A DNA stretch of 64,000 bases from Actinomycetaceae bacterium (GCA_030528145.1 JAUMZK010000010.1:2871-66870), one strand, 5' to 3'; positions 27,565-37,041 are shown, counted from the first letter of the stretch. Made by a program: numbers and translations. Notes: generated by a model not told the origin, from the letters alone.

Positions 27565-29186
27565 TGGAAGGAAAGCTCCCTAAAGTCGGGGTCGGTGCCC
27601 AAATGAGCCTCTAAAATACCAGACGGGTCGGCACCGGGACCCGAGGACGCTGACTCCTCATAGTCATCTCCACCGATGGTCTCCCCTAATCCGGCGCGAA
27701 TCCGGCGCAACGACAACTTCAACCAAGCAATCGCCAACACCAAATATAAGACTGTAAAAATCGCTAAAGAAAACGCCAACTGTGCGCCCGTAGTGCCTAT
27801 CTGCGACAATCCCGCGCTAGTGAGCATATACAGATCAGTTACGCCCTTGTCGAAGTTCGGATAAACAGCCCACGGTTGGCGACCGACCTCGGTGTAAACC
27901 CACCCACAAATGCCCGCCAAAGTGGGTATGGGCGCGATTACCACTGCAGCTGAACCAAGCCGCCCATATGTGCGCCCTCGACGAGTCAACCACAGTGCAG
28001 CAATGGCCAAAACAGGCAAAATCAGTTGGAACAACACCATCAGGCGGTAGGACCAAAATGTCAGCATAAACGGCGGCTCATAACTGACAATACGTCCTCT
28101 TTCCCCGCCTGTTTTCAAGAAAAAGTCATAATAGTGCTTTTGCACTTCCGCAGCCGAAGCCACCTTCCCGGAAGGACTGCCAGTCGCCAAAAAGGACAGC
28201 AACCCCGGAATTTCCCCAAAGGTCTTCGCGTCCTTACAACTGGTTCCGTAAGCAAACAGAACTAACGGGGCACCGCCCTCTTTAGGTTCGCAGTAAGCCT
28301 CCCCTACTGCTAACTTCATGGGCTGCTCAGTAGCTATTTGCACACCCTGCAAGTGCCCAGTAAAGAATGTCAGGACCGAGGACACTATGACAATTCCCGC
28401 GCTAATGCGCACCAACGGGCGCCAAAAATACAGGGATTCTGCAGCGGCGTCCTCGGAATTAGTGCCCCCAGCAATAGCCTTCCGGGAAGTTTTCACCATC
28501 CACCACCAGGCAATAGCGCCCATGAGAGTACCGCTGACAATCCACGATGACATGCACACATGCAAAACTGCCGTCCACAGCGTCCAGTTGGTAACGATTG
28601 CGAAAAAACCGTTCCACCCATCCAGGGCTGCCCGCCCTGTAACTGGGTCAAATACGGCTCCAACCGGGTGTTGCATCCACGAATTAGCCCCAATGATGAA
28701 ACACGTAGAAAGGTGCGCTGCGAAAGTCAATCCCCAAATGGTGGCATTGTGCGCTTTCGGGGACAGCGTCCCCCAGCCAAACACCCACAACCCCAACAAT
28801 GCCGATTCGGCAAAGAATGCGAACAGCGACTCTAACGCCAGCGGCGCCCCAAAAACGTCACCTACAAACCGGGAATATTCCGACCAGTTCATGCCAAATT
28901 GGAATTCTTGAACCAGCCCGGTAGCCACCCCCACAGCAAATGTTAATACAAATATGGGACCGAAGAAACGGATTATCTGCCACCAAAACACGTCCTGCGT
29001 GCGTGTCCATAGCGTCTGCGCAATAGCAAGCACTAGCGACATACCAATGGTTATCGGCACCAACACGAAGTGGTAAATGGTAGTTATAGTGAACTGCCAC
29101 CGCGCGATAGTGAGCGGGTCCAGCCAGGGCGAAGGCGCCGGTGCGGCTACGACAGGCAGCATCTGGTCTATAAATGTGGGCAACAT
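27561..29186 (-). CDS. cydA: Cytochrome bd oxidase subunit I
   Basis: It contains LDPLTIARWQFTITTIYHFVLVPITIGMS (a conserved CydA N-terminus with a haem-ligand His), a Q-loop region and the GWVYTEVGRQPW motif. Confidence 0.9.
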   Translation of the reverse strand: MLPTFIDQMLPVVAAPAPSPWLDPLTIARWQFTITTIYHFVLVPITIGMSLVLAIAQTLWTRTQDVFWWQIIRFFGPIFVLTFAVGVATGLVQEFQFGMNWSEYSRFVGDVFGAPLALESLFAFFAESALLGLWVFGWGTLSPKAHNATIWGLTFAAHLSTCFIIGANSWMQHPVGAVFDPVTGRAALDGWNGFFAIVTNWTLWTAVLHVCMSSWIVSGTLMGAIAWWWMVKTSRKAIAGGTNSEDAAAESLYFWRPLVRISAGIVIVSSVLTFFTGHLQGVQIATEQPMKLAVGEAYCEPKEGGAPLVLFAYGTSCKDAKTFGEIPGLLSFLATGSPSGKVASAAEVQKHYYDFFLKTGGERGRIVSYEPPFMLTFWSYRLMVLFQLILPVLAIAALWLTRRGRTYGRLGSAAVVIAPIPTLAGICGWVYTEVGRQPWAVYPNFDKGVTDLYMLTSAGLSQIGTTGAQLAFSLAIFTVLYLVLAIAWLKLSLRRIRAGLGETIGGDDYEESASSGPGADPSGILEAHLGTDPDFRELSFQ

Positions 29187-29214
29187 GTTAGATCTTTTTA
29201 TTCCGTGTTACGTG

Positions 29215-30828
29215 TTATTTTGAGGTCGCAGGGGCACCAGGTACCACCCAGCCGTTTGGTTTACAACCATCCAGTTCATAAGTTTGTGGCTGCATTACAG
29301 GAGCCACCTGTCCAGCGCCAGGGCACTTGGCGAGTTTTTCTTTCGCCGCCAAACCGGCAAAATAATTCAGCAGATAAGCACGGTATTCATCAACTGAGCC
29401 CCCCGCACTTAGCCACGCCGGACTGGCGCTAAACCATCGGTCAGAATTTATGTATGCAATGTTCCCCACCAGGCAGGATGCAAAACCATCTTGCACCAAA
29501 CCACTACATTTAGCTTGCACGGTCTTGGGAGTAACCAGTTGAATACGGTAAGCCGCCTGGTAATCCGAACGCGCATAGCGCTTACCTCGGTTCACCCAGC
29601 CTCGCCCATCATTGAGCACCGCATGTACAGACTTTGCGAAAAGGTCCGGATCTAAGGGCAATCCGTCCTCGTAAGAAACATCGTAAGAAACTTCCGCACC
29701 ATTGCCCGCAGGCGCCGGGTTTGCCCCCGGAACCGCAATAATTTTCCCAGATGAACTAGGGGTGGAATAAGTCCGCGAAGTCAGCCCGGAAGGCACCAAA
29801 TTGGGGTCCACAGGAGCTATAGCTTCCTTAGGTTTAGGACCACCAGCTGTAGCCGAGGCAGTGCGCGCATTCTGATCTGGCAACGCCTGTCCTGCCACTT
29901 CCGTATGGCGCGCTTGGAAGAACACGAGGACGACAATCATTACTGCAACCAAAACACCGGCAATTGTAGAGGGTATTTTCCAGTTCCGCCCGCGCTTCAC
30001 GATGCCGCGCATGCTGCTGCGGCTTTCATATTCCAACCCATGAGCGCCCGACATGGCAGCAGCAGATTCTTCGGTGTAGTTAGTGATGTCTATGCTGCGA
30101 TGGGTCCCCGTGTGCAGCTGCTCGGTTTGCCGGAATGTTTGCCTGCTGGCAGCCGGAGAGTAAACTTTTTCGTTTTCCGGGGCGAGCCTGCGGTGCGGAG
30201 AGGAAGAACCAAGTGAGGTTTTGGGGCGCGTCCCAGGGGGGTACGACTTTGGTAGCACAGCGGCGGAATTATCGACGCTTTTGCCGAATTTAGAACCTTT
30301 TCCGCTTCTGTTATACCCGCCCCCCAAAACCGTTTTAGACAACATCGGATCGGCTTCAAAAATGCTGGCAAAACTGCGAGTTTGCGCCACATGATAGTTG
30401 GGACGTTGTCCCGGTCGAATAGCTTTGCGGTGCTCAACGTCCGGATTCATTTTTGGTGTGGACTTAGCTGCGGACCTGCCGCGAACCAATTTTTCTGGAA
30501 TTTGCCGGGACGAGGACGGTGGGACAGCCTTTTTTGGCACCACCGGCTTGCGGCTGACTCGTCTAAGTTGTGCTTCCGCGCTGGTTGGCGAGGGAGTTTC
30601 TGCGAGTTTTGGCACTGTCATTCTTCTGCCTGTTTGCGCCCCCGGTAAAGAGTTTTGACGGCGCTGATTGGGAGGTGTTTCGGCGCGCCCGCTACCCTGA
30701 CCAAGGTTGGTTCGATGTGACGCTAACTTCGCGTCCTTGGGGAGGGATGGCACTGACGGCAGGGGTGGCAACGACAGCCCCCCGGTGACATGTTGTCGTT
30801 CGTCTTGCTCACTCATATAGTTCTTCAC
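29215..30828 (-). CDS. DUF3152-family membrane-anchored protein (metalloprotease-like fold, HExxH motif lost)
   Basis: It has a long basic, disordered N-terminal region and one TM segment (IAGVLVAVMIVVLVFF). The C-terminal domain aligns with the 40536-42155 paralog (VLNDGRGWVNRGKRYAR ... YRAYLLNYFAGLAA). It ends 28 nt upstream of cydA. Confidence 0.65.
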   Translation of the reverse strand: MKNYMSEQDERQHVTGGLSLPPLPSVPSLPKDAKLASHRTNLGQGSGRAETPPNQRRQNSLPGAQTGRRMTVPKLAETPSPTSAEAQLRRVSRKPVVPKKAVPPSSSRQIPEKLVRGRSAAKSTPKMNPDVEHRKAIRPGQRPNYHVAQTRSFASIFEADPMLSKTVLGGGYNRSGKGSKFGKSVDNSAAVLPKSYPPGTRPKTSLGSSSPHRRLAPENEKVYSPAASRQTFRQTEQLHTGTHRSIDITNYTEESAAAMSGAHGLEYESRSSMRGIVKRGRNWKIPSTIAGVLVAVMIVVLVFFQARHTEVAGQALPDQNARTASATAGGPKPKEAIAPVDPNLVPSGLTSRTYSTPSSSGKIIAVPGANPAPAGNGAEVSYDVSYEDGLPLDPDLFAKSVHAVLNDGRGWVNRGKRYARSDYQAAYRIQLVTPKTVQAKCSGLVQDGFASCLVGNIAYINSDRWFSASPAWLSAGGSVDEYRAYLLNYFAGLAAKEKLAKCPGAGQVAPVMQPQTYELDGCKPNGWVVPGAPATSK

Positions 30829-31015
30829 CTTTGTTTTAAGCTGCCAGCGGAACGACCATTCGGCTCATGCTGATAGTTGTGTCGAATACAAGATCAGAAT
30901 ATTACATCCCCAAAAAATAGCGAAAGCAGAGTCGACTAAACAGGTGATATGTGACCAATTTCAGCCCTTCCGGCGCGCTCTTCTACCATATGGTAACTCG
31001 TATGGTAAGGGTTCG

Positions 31016-33925
31016 CTACAGGGAGGCGGAACCGGGAGCTACGTCCTCGTCCAACAACAAAGTTGCCAGGTGAACGCCGCGCCTACCCGCCAACTGTGCA
31101 GCCTGGGTGCGGCAGCTGAACCCATCGGCCAGGAATATGGCGTTCGGATTGTCAGCCAAACCCGGCAACAATGAGTTTTCCGCCACTTTAACAGAAATGT
31201 CGTAGTGTCCGCGTTCCATCCCGAAGTTTCCCGCCAAACCGCAACACCCCGACAACTCGACGAGGTCGACGCCAGCGGCATCCAGTAGCTGCCGGTCCGC
31301 CCGCCAGCCCATTACCGAATAGTGGTGGCAGTGTGGTTGCGCCACCACGCGCTTTCCCGCCAAATTTGGGGGTTCCCAGCCGTCCTGAAACAATAATTCC
31401 GCCAGCGTGTAAGTCCCCCCTGCTACTGCCTGTGCGCGCGGATCAGCGGGCAACAGGTCCAAAAGGTCGTCACGTAGCACCGCAGTACAAGACGGTTCCA
31501 CCCCCACTATGGGGATGCCCGCGAGCGCGAACGGGGCCAAAGTTTCGAGTAGCTTATTCAACCGCGCCCGGGCACCGCGTAACTGCCCAGTAGTTATCCA
31601 GGTCAGGGCGCAGCATACGGCGGGGGCAACCAGCACGTGGTAACCGGCTTTTTCTAACAATTTGGCGGTGTCGGCGGCGCCTTTGCTATCCAGATTTTCG
31701 CTGAAAGAATCTGCCCACAGCACCACGTACCGGACGGGGGTGGTGGAGGCGGTGGGGGCGACACTATCCGCATCTGCGAGGGGCACCGACATGGCTTGGT
31801 CCAGTCCCATTTCAGTTGCCCACGTTGTGAAACGCTCGGTGGCGAGGCGGGGCATCTGGCGGCGGGGGTCCATACCGGCAGCGGCGAAAACGCGGCGGCG
31901 CACTGGGGGGATTTGCATAAATATGTTGACGAGGGCGGCGCCGCCGGGAATACTTTGGGTTGCTTTTAGCCACCGGGGCAATTGTCCCAGCAAGTAGTGG
32001 GTACGCGGGCGCAACCGCCCTCGGTATGCGCGAAAATAGGTTTCGCTGCGGTATTTTGCCATATCTACGCCGGCGGGACAGTCGCTAGAGCAAGCTTTAC
32101 ACGCGAGGCAAAGATCCAGGGCTTCCATCACTTCGGGGGCAGCCAGACCCTCAACCAGAGTTCCGTTTACGGCTTCTTCGAGGATGCGCGCCCGTCCCCT
32201 GGTGACATCTTTTTCTTCGCCGGTGGCGGCAAAGGAGGGGCACATGAACGTGCCGGGAACGGTGGCACGACATTTGGCAACGCCCGTGCAGCGGTGCAGT
32301 GCGGTGGTGAAGTTGCCTTTGTCTGCGGTGAAGGCAAATCCGCGCTGGGCTGGGTATTCTTGGGCCAGGTGGCGGCGAATATTTTCGTCGAGCGGGGTCG
32401 GGTCCACGATCACGCCGGGGTTCATCAGATTTGCCGGATCAAAAATGTGTTTCACGGCGGCGAACAGGTCGAGGGCGGTCGGCGAGTACATGTATTTCAA
32501 CAGTTCCGACCGAGACCGACCGTCCCCGTGTTCGCCAGACATGGAACCGCCGTGGCGGGCGACCGTGCGAGCAGCGTCCTCAAGAAATGCCCGCGTATGG
32601 GCGACTCCCGCGCCGTCTTGCAATGGAAAGTCCAAACGCACGTGGACGCACCCGTCCCCGAAATGCCCGTAGAGCAGCCCAGAAATACCGTATTTTTCCA
32701 TGCACGCGGTAAAATCGCGCAAATACGCGCCCAAATTGGCGGGTGGGACGGCGGCGTCCTCGAAACCTGGCCAGGCTTGGTCTGCCCCACTGCCGTCAGC
32801 GCGAATGGGGGTGCGCCCGCCGAGTCCCGCGCCGTCTGCACGCACGCGCCACAGTGCCGCCGCGTCCGCGCCCGGTGGATAAACGGCGCTATTCAGGCTC
32901 TGAGAATCGGCGACCAAGGCCCGGGCACGCGTCAGCGAGTCTGCCACGTCCATGCCGCTGACCTCGCAAATTAGCCAGCCTTCCCCGCGGGGCAAATCCG
33001 GCACTGATCCTGACCCCTTGTTTGCTAGTACGACGTTCACCAGGTGGCGGTCCAACCCTTCCATAGAGAGGGGCTGGTGAGCCAGCAGGTGGGGAACGTC
33101 GTCTGCGGCAGCGATCATGTTTTCGTACCCGAGGGCGACCAGCACGGGGGCTTTCGGCAACGGCACCAGTTTCACTGTTATTTCGAGGACGGTTACCAGG
33201 GTTCCTTCGGTGCCCACCAGCAACGCCGCCAAGTTGCGACCGTTTTCGGGCAGTGCTTGGTCCATTTGGTAACCGCTGAGTTGGCGCGAAAACTTGCCAA
33301 ATTCGGTGCGAATAGTAGCCAAGTGAGAATCAACTAGGTCTTGCAGTTCCGGCAAATCCCCCAGGTTGTTCGTGGTGGCACGAAAGTGACGCCCACGCCC
33401 ATCCACGCATTCCAGTTCGAGGACGTTCACGGCGGTTCGCCCCCACGCGGTAGCGTGCGGACCGCACGCATTATTGCCCACCATTCCGCCAATGCTGCAC
33501 CGGTTTTGGCTGGAGGGATCCGGCCCGAACCGCAAACCGTATTGTTTGGCAGCTTCTTGCAGCGTGCTTTCTATGCAACCAGGTTGGACGACTGCTTGGC
33601 AGGCGTTGGGATCAATACTGAGCACCCGGTTCATGTGCCGCGTAAAGTCAATAACCAGCCCCGGACCGATAGCATTTCCAGCGCACGATGTTCCCCCGCC
33701 CCGGTTGGTAACTGGCATTCCCACCTGCCTGGCAGCCGCCAGCAGTGCCAATACGTCCTCTTTGCTGCGTGGAAACGCCACCAGCTGCGGTACCACCCGG
33801 TATATTCCCGCGTCAGTGCTGTAACGCCCTCGGGTTCCCACCGTAGTGTCTAACAAACTGACCAGGTGGCGGTTTTTTCCGAGGGCGGTGACGAACTTTT
33901 CAGTCTGGCTGGTTGGGGTGTCCAT
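31016..33925 (-). CDS. FAD-binding (PCMH/GlcD-type) plus Fe-S (4Fe-4S dicluster and CCG) fusion oxidoreductase
   Basis: The 969-aa product has an FAD-linked oxidase N-terminus (PVTNRGGGTSCAGNAIGPG), CxxCxxC-type clusters (CLACKACSSDCP; CTGVAKC) and C-terminal Cys-rich CCG-like repeats (GVEPSCT ... ELSGCCGLAG). Confidence 0.8.
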   Translation of the reverse strand: MDTPTSQTEKFVTALGKNRHLVSLLDTTVGTRGRYSTDAGIYRVVPQLVAFPRSKEDVLALLAAARQVGMPVTNRGGGTSCAGNAIGPGLVIDFTRHMNRVLSIDPNACQAVVQPGCIESTLQEAAKQYGLRFGPDPSSQNRCSIGGMVGNNACGPHATAWGRTAVNVLELECVDGRGRHFRATTNNLGDLPELQDLVDSHLATIRTEFGKFSRQLSGYQMDQALPENGRNLAALLVGTEGTLVTVLEITVKLVPLPKAPVLVALGYENMIAAADDVPHLLAHQPLSMEGLDRHLVNVVLANKGSGSVPDLPRGEGWLICEVSGMDVADSLTRARALVADSQSLNSAVYPPGADAAALWRVRADGAGLGGRTPIRADGSGADQAWPGFEDAAVPPANLGAYLRDFTACMEKYGISGLLYGHFGDGCVHVRLDFPLQDGAGVAHTRAFLEDAARTVARHGGSMSGEHGDGRSRSELLKYMYSPTALDLFAAVKHIFDPANLMNPGVIVDPTPLDENIRRHLAQEYPAQRGFAFTADKGNFTTALHRCTGVAKCRATVPGTFMCPSFAATGEEKDVTRGRARILEEAVNGTLVEGLAAPEVMEALDLCLACKACSSDCPAGVDMAKYRSETYFRAYRGRLRPRTHYLLGQLPRWLKATQSIPGGAALVNIFMQIPPVRRRVFAAAGMDPRRQMPRLATERFTTWATEMGLDQAMSVPLADADSVAPTASTTPVRYVVLWADSFSENLDSKGAADTAKLLEKAGYHVLVAPAVCCALTWITTGQLRGARARLNKLLETLAPFALAGIPIVGVEPSCTAVLRDDLLDLLPADPRAQAVAGGTYTLAELLFQDGWEPPNLAGKRVVAQPHCHHYSVMGWRADRQLLDAAGVDLVELSGCCGLAGNFGMERGHYDISVKVAENSLLPGLADNPNAIFLADGFSCRTQAAQLAGRRGVHLATLLLDEDVAPGSASL

Positions 33926-33937
33926 TACCCCATGGTC

Positions 33938-34231
33938 TCACGATTTTGCCAGGTCGGAGCGTTTTCGTAGTTTTGCCCAGAAAGTGGGCTTCTTTAATAC
34001 CAGGGGACAGCCGACGCACGCCGCCTGTGCCTCTGGGCTGGCGCCAGGATGGCATGCCCCCAGCCCGGAAGCACACAAACTGGTGGCATCGTGTACCACA
34101 CCGGCACGCTGGTAATGGTCCACCATCACTTCCACGAAAGTGAGCGGGACTTGCAGTTCGACAGAGATGGCGCCGGGGCTGCGTCCTCGTCGTAACAAAT
34201 CCAGGACTTTTGCGGAAAGGGTCATGTTCAT
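33938..34231 (-). CDS. feoC: FeoC-like winged-helix/Cys-rich protein
   Basis: It has a small HTH-like N-terminus (LSAKVLDLLRRGRSPGAISVELQVP) and a Cys cluster (CASGLGACHPG...ACVGCP). Its start overlaps the feoB stop as ATGA. Confidence 0.6.
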   Translation of the reverse strand: MNMTLSAKVLDLLRRGRSPGAISVELQVPLTFVEVMVDHYQRAGVVHDATSLCASGLGACHPGASPEAQAACVGCPLVLKKPTFWAKLRKRSDLAKS

Positions 34232-36381
34232 GTAAATAAGGCTCCCACTTGGAACACGGCTACTGCTAAGATCCAGGCAATAGCCAGTTGCGCCAACACC
34301 GCCACAGTGGTGGTTTTACGCCCAATTTGGCGGGCTTGTTCCGCCACCGTAGCCAGGCACGGCGTATATGTCAGGACAAATACCATGAAGGCGAGGGCGG
34401 CCAGGGCTTCGTGCCCGACCCCTGCAGATTTACCCAAACTTTCGTGCATCAATTTCGGCAGTTGCCCCAGGTTATTGCCTTTGTCTTCCGCGTCCCCAGC
34501 GGCGGAAGCATCCAGGTTATAGCTGACGACAATAGAGCTGACCAGGGTTTCTTTCGCAACAAAGCCAGTCATTAACGCACCCGTCAAGTGCCAGTCGCCA
34601 AAACCAGCCGGTTTGAAAGCCGGTTCCAAAGCCATCGCAGTAGCGCCGTACAAAGTATCTTCCATGGGCATGTCCGCGTCGGCAAAATGGTGTGCGCCTT
34701 GCAACGGAATTGCCGACATCAACCACACCACTACTGTCATGGTGACAATGATCTTGCCTGCGCCCTTGACGAATGCCCACGTGCGCATCGCCATGTTCTT
34801 CACGCTCACTACCACGCGTGGCATTTGGTAGGTAGGCAGTACCAACATCAGGGGCGCTGCCGTTTCGTCCTTAGTAACAAAGCGCTTCAGAACCCAAGCG
34901 CCCAAAACCACCATGATTATGGACGTCATGTACATTGCCCACAGCACCGTACCCGTGTAGTGGGGGAAGAAAATCTTCGCCAACATCAGGTACACAGTCA
35001 GGCGTGCTGCACACGAAGTGTAAGGAATAATCAGGGTCGTGACCAGGCGTTGCCGCGCAGATGGCAAAGTACGACATGCCGCCAAGGACGGCAGATTGCA
35101 TCCAAAGCCCATAATAAGGGGCAAAACCACGCGTCCGTCCAAACCGATCTTGCGCATCAAACGGTCGCCCAGGAACGCCGCCCGCGCCATGTAACCGGAA
35201 TCTTCCAGAATGGAAATAGCCAGGAATATCGCGCACATCAACGGCACAAACGAGGCCACCACGCCCAGCCCGGTTGCCAAGCCACCAACCAGGAACTGTT
35301 GGAACCAGGTATCGCCCAAACCTATTTTCCCCAGAATCCAAATGAGGGCGTTGGCTAAGGACACATCGCCCTTGTCAGTTCCGCTGAACAAGTGTTCAAA
35401 GAAATCCTGGATGGGACTGACCCAAGAACCCGCCAACTGGAACAGTACCCACATTATTGCGAAAAATACGGGCAAACCCAGCAGTGGGTTCAACAAAATG
35501 CGGTCCACTTTGTCCGAATAGCTAGGTTTTTCTAGGGCAGCTCGTTCCGCGCCCGCCCCTGCCAGAACTTGGTCCACCCACGCGAATAGGTGGATGGCAC
35601 CGTGCGCATCGGCGTCTTCTGCTGCCGCATGCATTTCTGCTGCGTTTTGGTGCGCCACTTGGGTGGAGTCAATTGCCGGTGGCTGTTCAGTTTCCGCTCG
35701 TCCGCACGCGCAAATGGTGGTTTGGGCAAGAAGGTCGCGTTCGTCCTCGCAATTAGTACCCGGCGCGCCCATCCCATCCTGAGTTTTCGCGGAGGCTTCC
35801 TGCGCCATAGCGGCTGCCGCTGCGATCTCGCTGTAACCAGGGGCACTGGGTCGAGGACGCAGCCCCTTTACGCGCGGACGCGTGCGCAACGCGTGACGCA
35901 CCATCTGGGTAAATTCTTCAATATTCCGGTTTTTGCGCGCGTCCATTGCCATAACGGGCACGCCCAACACGTGTTCGAGGGCGCCCGCGTCCACCGGATT
36001 TCCGTTCGCTGCGGCAACATCTGCCATGGTTATAACTACTGCCACGGGACGCCCGGTTTCAGCCACCTGCGCCAACAGGTACAGGGACCGTTCCACACTA
36101 GTCGCGTCCAAAATAACCAGTACGAGGTCGATGCCCCCGCCCCGGAACGGATCAGTTAGGGTTCCTGGCGCGCCCGCAATGGTGTCAACCACCACCTGTT
36201 CGTCGGGGCTGCGCGCAATCAAAGAGTAGGTGCCGGGCAAGTCCAGCAGCTGCACGCCTGTGGCACGCCACGTACCTGCCATGCATTCCACCGTGGTGCC
36301 GGGGGCGTTCACACAGTGTTGCCGCGCGCCAGTGAGCGTGTTAAAAAGTGTCGATTTGCCCGTGTTCGGGTTGCCTACCAA
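34228..36381 (-). CDS. feoB: Ferrous iron transporter FeoB. The N-terminus is interrupted by an apparent 1-nt frameshift; the true gene probably starts at 36544
   Basis: G-domain motifs are present (GNPNTGKSTLFN, DLPGTYSL), followed by the polytopic permease. The track ORF starts at a TTG directly at the P-loop with no beta-1 strand. The 67-aa ORF 36341-36544 (ATGA-coupled to feoA) ends ...GGGIALGTPISF in another frame. Confidence 0.85.
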   Translation of the reverse strand: MVGNPNTGKSTLFNTLTGARQHCVNAPGTTVECMAGTWRATGVQLLDLPGTYSLIARSPDEQVVVDTIAGAPGTLTDPFRGGGIDLVLVILDATSVERSLYLLAQVAETGRPVAVVITMADVAAANGNPVDAGALEHVLGVPVMAMDARKNRNIEEFTQMVRHALRTRPRVKGLRPRPSAPGYSEIAAAAAMAQEASAKTQDGMGAPGTNCEDERDLLAQTTICACGRAETEQPPAIDSTQVAHQNAAEMHAAAEDADAHGAIHLFAWVDQVLAGAGAERAALEKPSYSDKVDRILLNPLLGLPVFFAIMWVLFQLAGSWVSPIQDFFEHLFSGTDKGDVSLANALIWILGKIGLGDTWFQQFLVGGLATGLGVVASFVPLMCAIFLAISILEDSGYMARAAFLGDRLMRKIGLDGRVVLPLIMGFGCNLPSLAACRTLPSARQRLVTTLIIPYTSCAARLTVYLMLAKIFFPHYTGTVLWAMYMTSIIMVVLGAWVLKRFVTKDETAAPLMLVLPTYQMPRVVVSVKNMAMRTWAFVKGAGKIIVTMTVVVWLMSAIPLQGAHHFADADMPMEDTLYGATAMALEPAFKPAGFGDWHLTGALMTGFVAKETLVSSIVVSYNLDASAAGDAEDKGNNLGQLPKLMHESLGKSAGVGHEALAALAFMVFVLTYTPCLATVAEQARQIGRKTTTVAVLAQLAIAWILAVAVFQVGALFT

Positions 36382-36540
36382 AACTTATGGGCGTCCCGAG
36401 GGCGATACCGCCGCCCGCCGAGGGCGAAACTTGCGCATCGTCCTCGAACGGAGTTTTACCGCCAAGTAAACGGTGAGCAATTTTAGTTTTTAGCGAACCA
36501 GAATTTTTTGGTCCCCCAGTGGGGGCACATTTACTGCAAC

Positions 36541-36771
36541 TCATTTGGAAGTCACCGTTTCTACTTCAATCAGTTTGGCGCTGCGGTGGTCGATAGCCAT
36601 GCGCGTGCCGGCGACGTTTATTACTACGCCGCCGAATGCGCCCTTGCTGACGACCGCCAATTCACAACCGGGGCGTAACCCCAGTTCTGAAAGACGAAGC
36701 AAATGACATTGAGCCAAGTTCAGTGCGGTCACGCGAGCGCGGGAAAATTTAGGTAGCTGCTTTAACGTCAT
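36541..36771 (-). CDS. feoA: FeoA-family (SH3-like) protein
   Basis: The 76-aa product contains RVTALNLAQCHLLRLSELGLRPGCELAVV, which is FeoA-like. It lies immediately upstream of feoB. Confidence 0.8.
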   Translation of the reverse strand: MTLKQLPKFSRARVTALNLAQCHLLRLSELGLRPGCELAVVSKGAFGGVVINVAGTRMAIDHRSAKLIEVETVTSK

Positions 36772-36950
36772 ACTTCTATGATTAGGCTTTACTACCCTGT
36801 TGTTCCAGCTAGACAGGACACATTTACGAGAACGATTGCGCCTTGTTCCCTAACACCAAGTAGCACTATTTAGGTTTTCCCTTGCGATTTAGGGATTTGT
36901 CGTGAGGGCGCCCACCACCGCCACCACTTTATGAAATTGATCACAAACCT

Positions 36951-36969
36951 TTACGTAACGGTTACCTAA
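36951..36969. promoter_or_regulatory. 19-bp near-palindrome resembling a DtxR/IdeR iron box, upstream of feoA
   Basis: The site is TTACGTAACGGTTACCTAA; its reverse complement is TTAGGTAACCGTTACGTAA. By my alignment it matches 13 of 19 positions of the consensus TTAGGTTAGCCTAACCTAA, and its half-sites match each other at 8 of 9. It lies about 180 nt upstream of the feoA start. Confidence 0.35.
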
Positions 36970-37012
36970 ATGACAATGAGAAGCGGACGCGAAAAGGTGT
37001 AGGCACGCGAAA

Positions 37013-37041
37013 GGGGTGGGATCTAAAAGAGATCCCACCCC
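37013..37041 (-). terminator. Terminator hairpin downstream of ppdK
   Basis: GGGGTGGGATCT aaaag AGATCCCACCCC forms a perfect 12-bp stem, about 115 nt after the ppdK stop. TTT follows on the minus strand. Confidence 0.65.

Noticed and set aside
31982-32974. 330-aa plus-strand ORF opposite the FAD/Fe-S oxidoreductase
   Set aside because: It is an antisense shadow ORF. The minus strand carries the recognisable FAD and Fe-S motifs.
36341-36544. 67-aa ORF between feoA and feoB as an independent small gene
   Set aside because: It ends in ...GGGIALGTPISF, which continues into the FeoB P-loop after a 1-nt frame change. It is best read as the displaced N-terminus of feoB.
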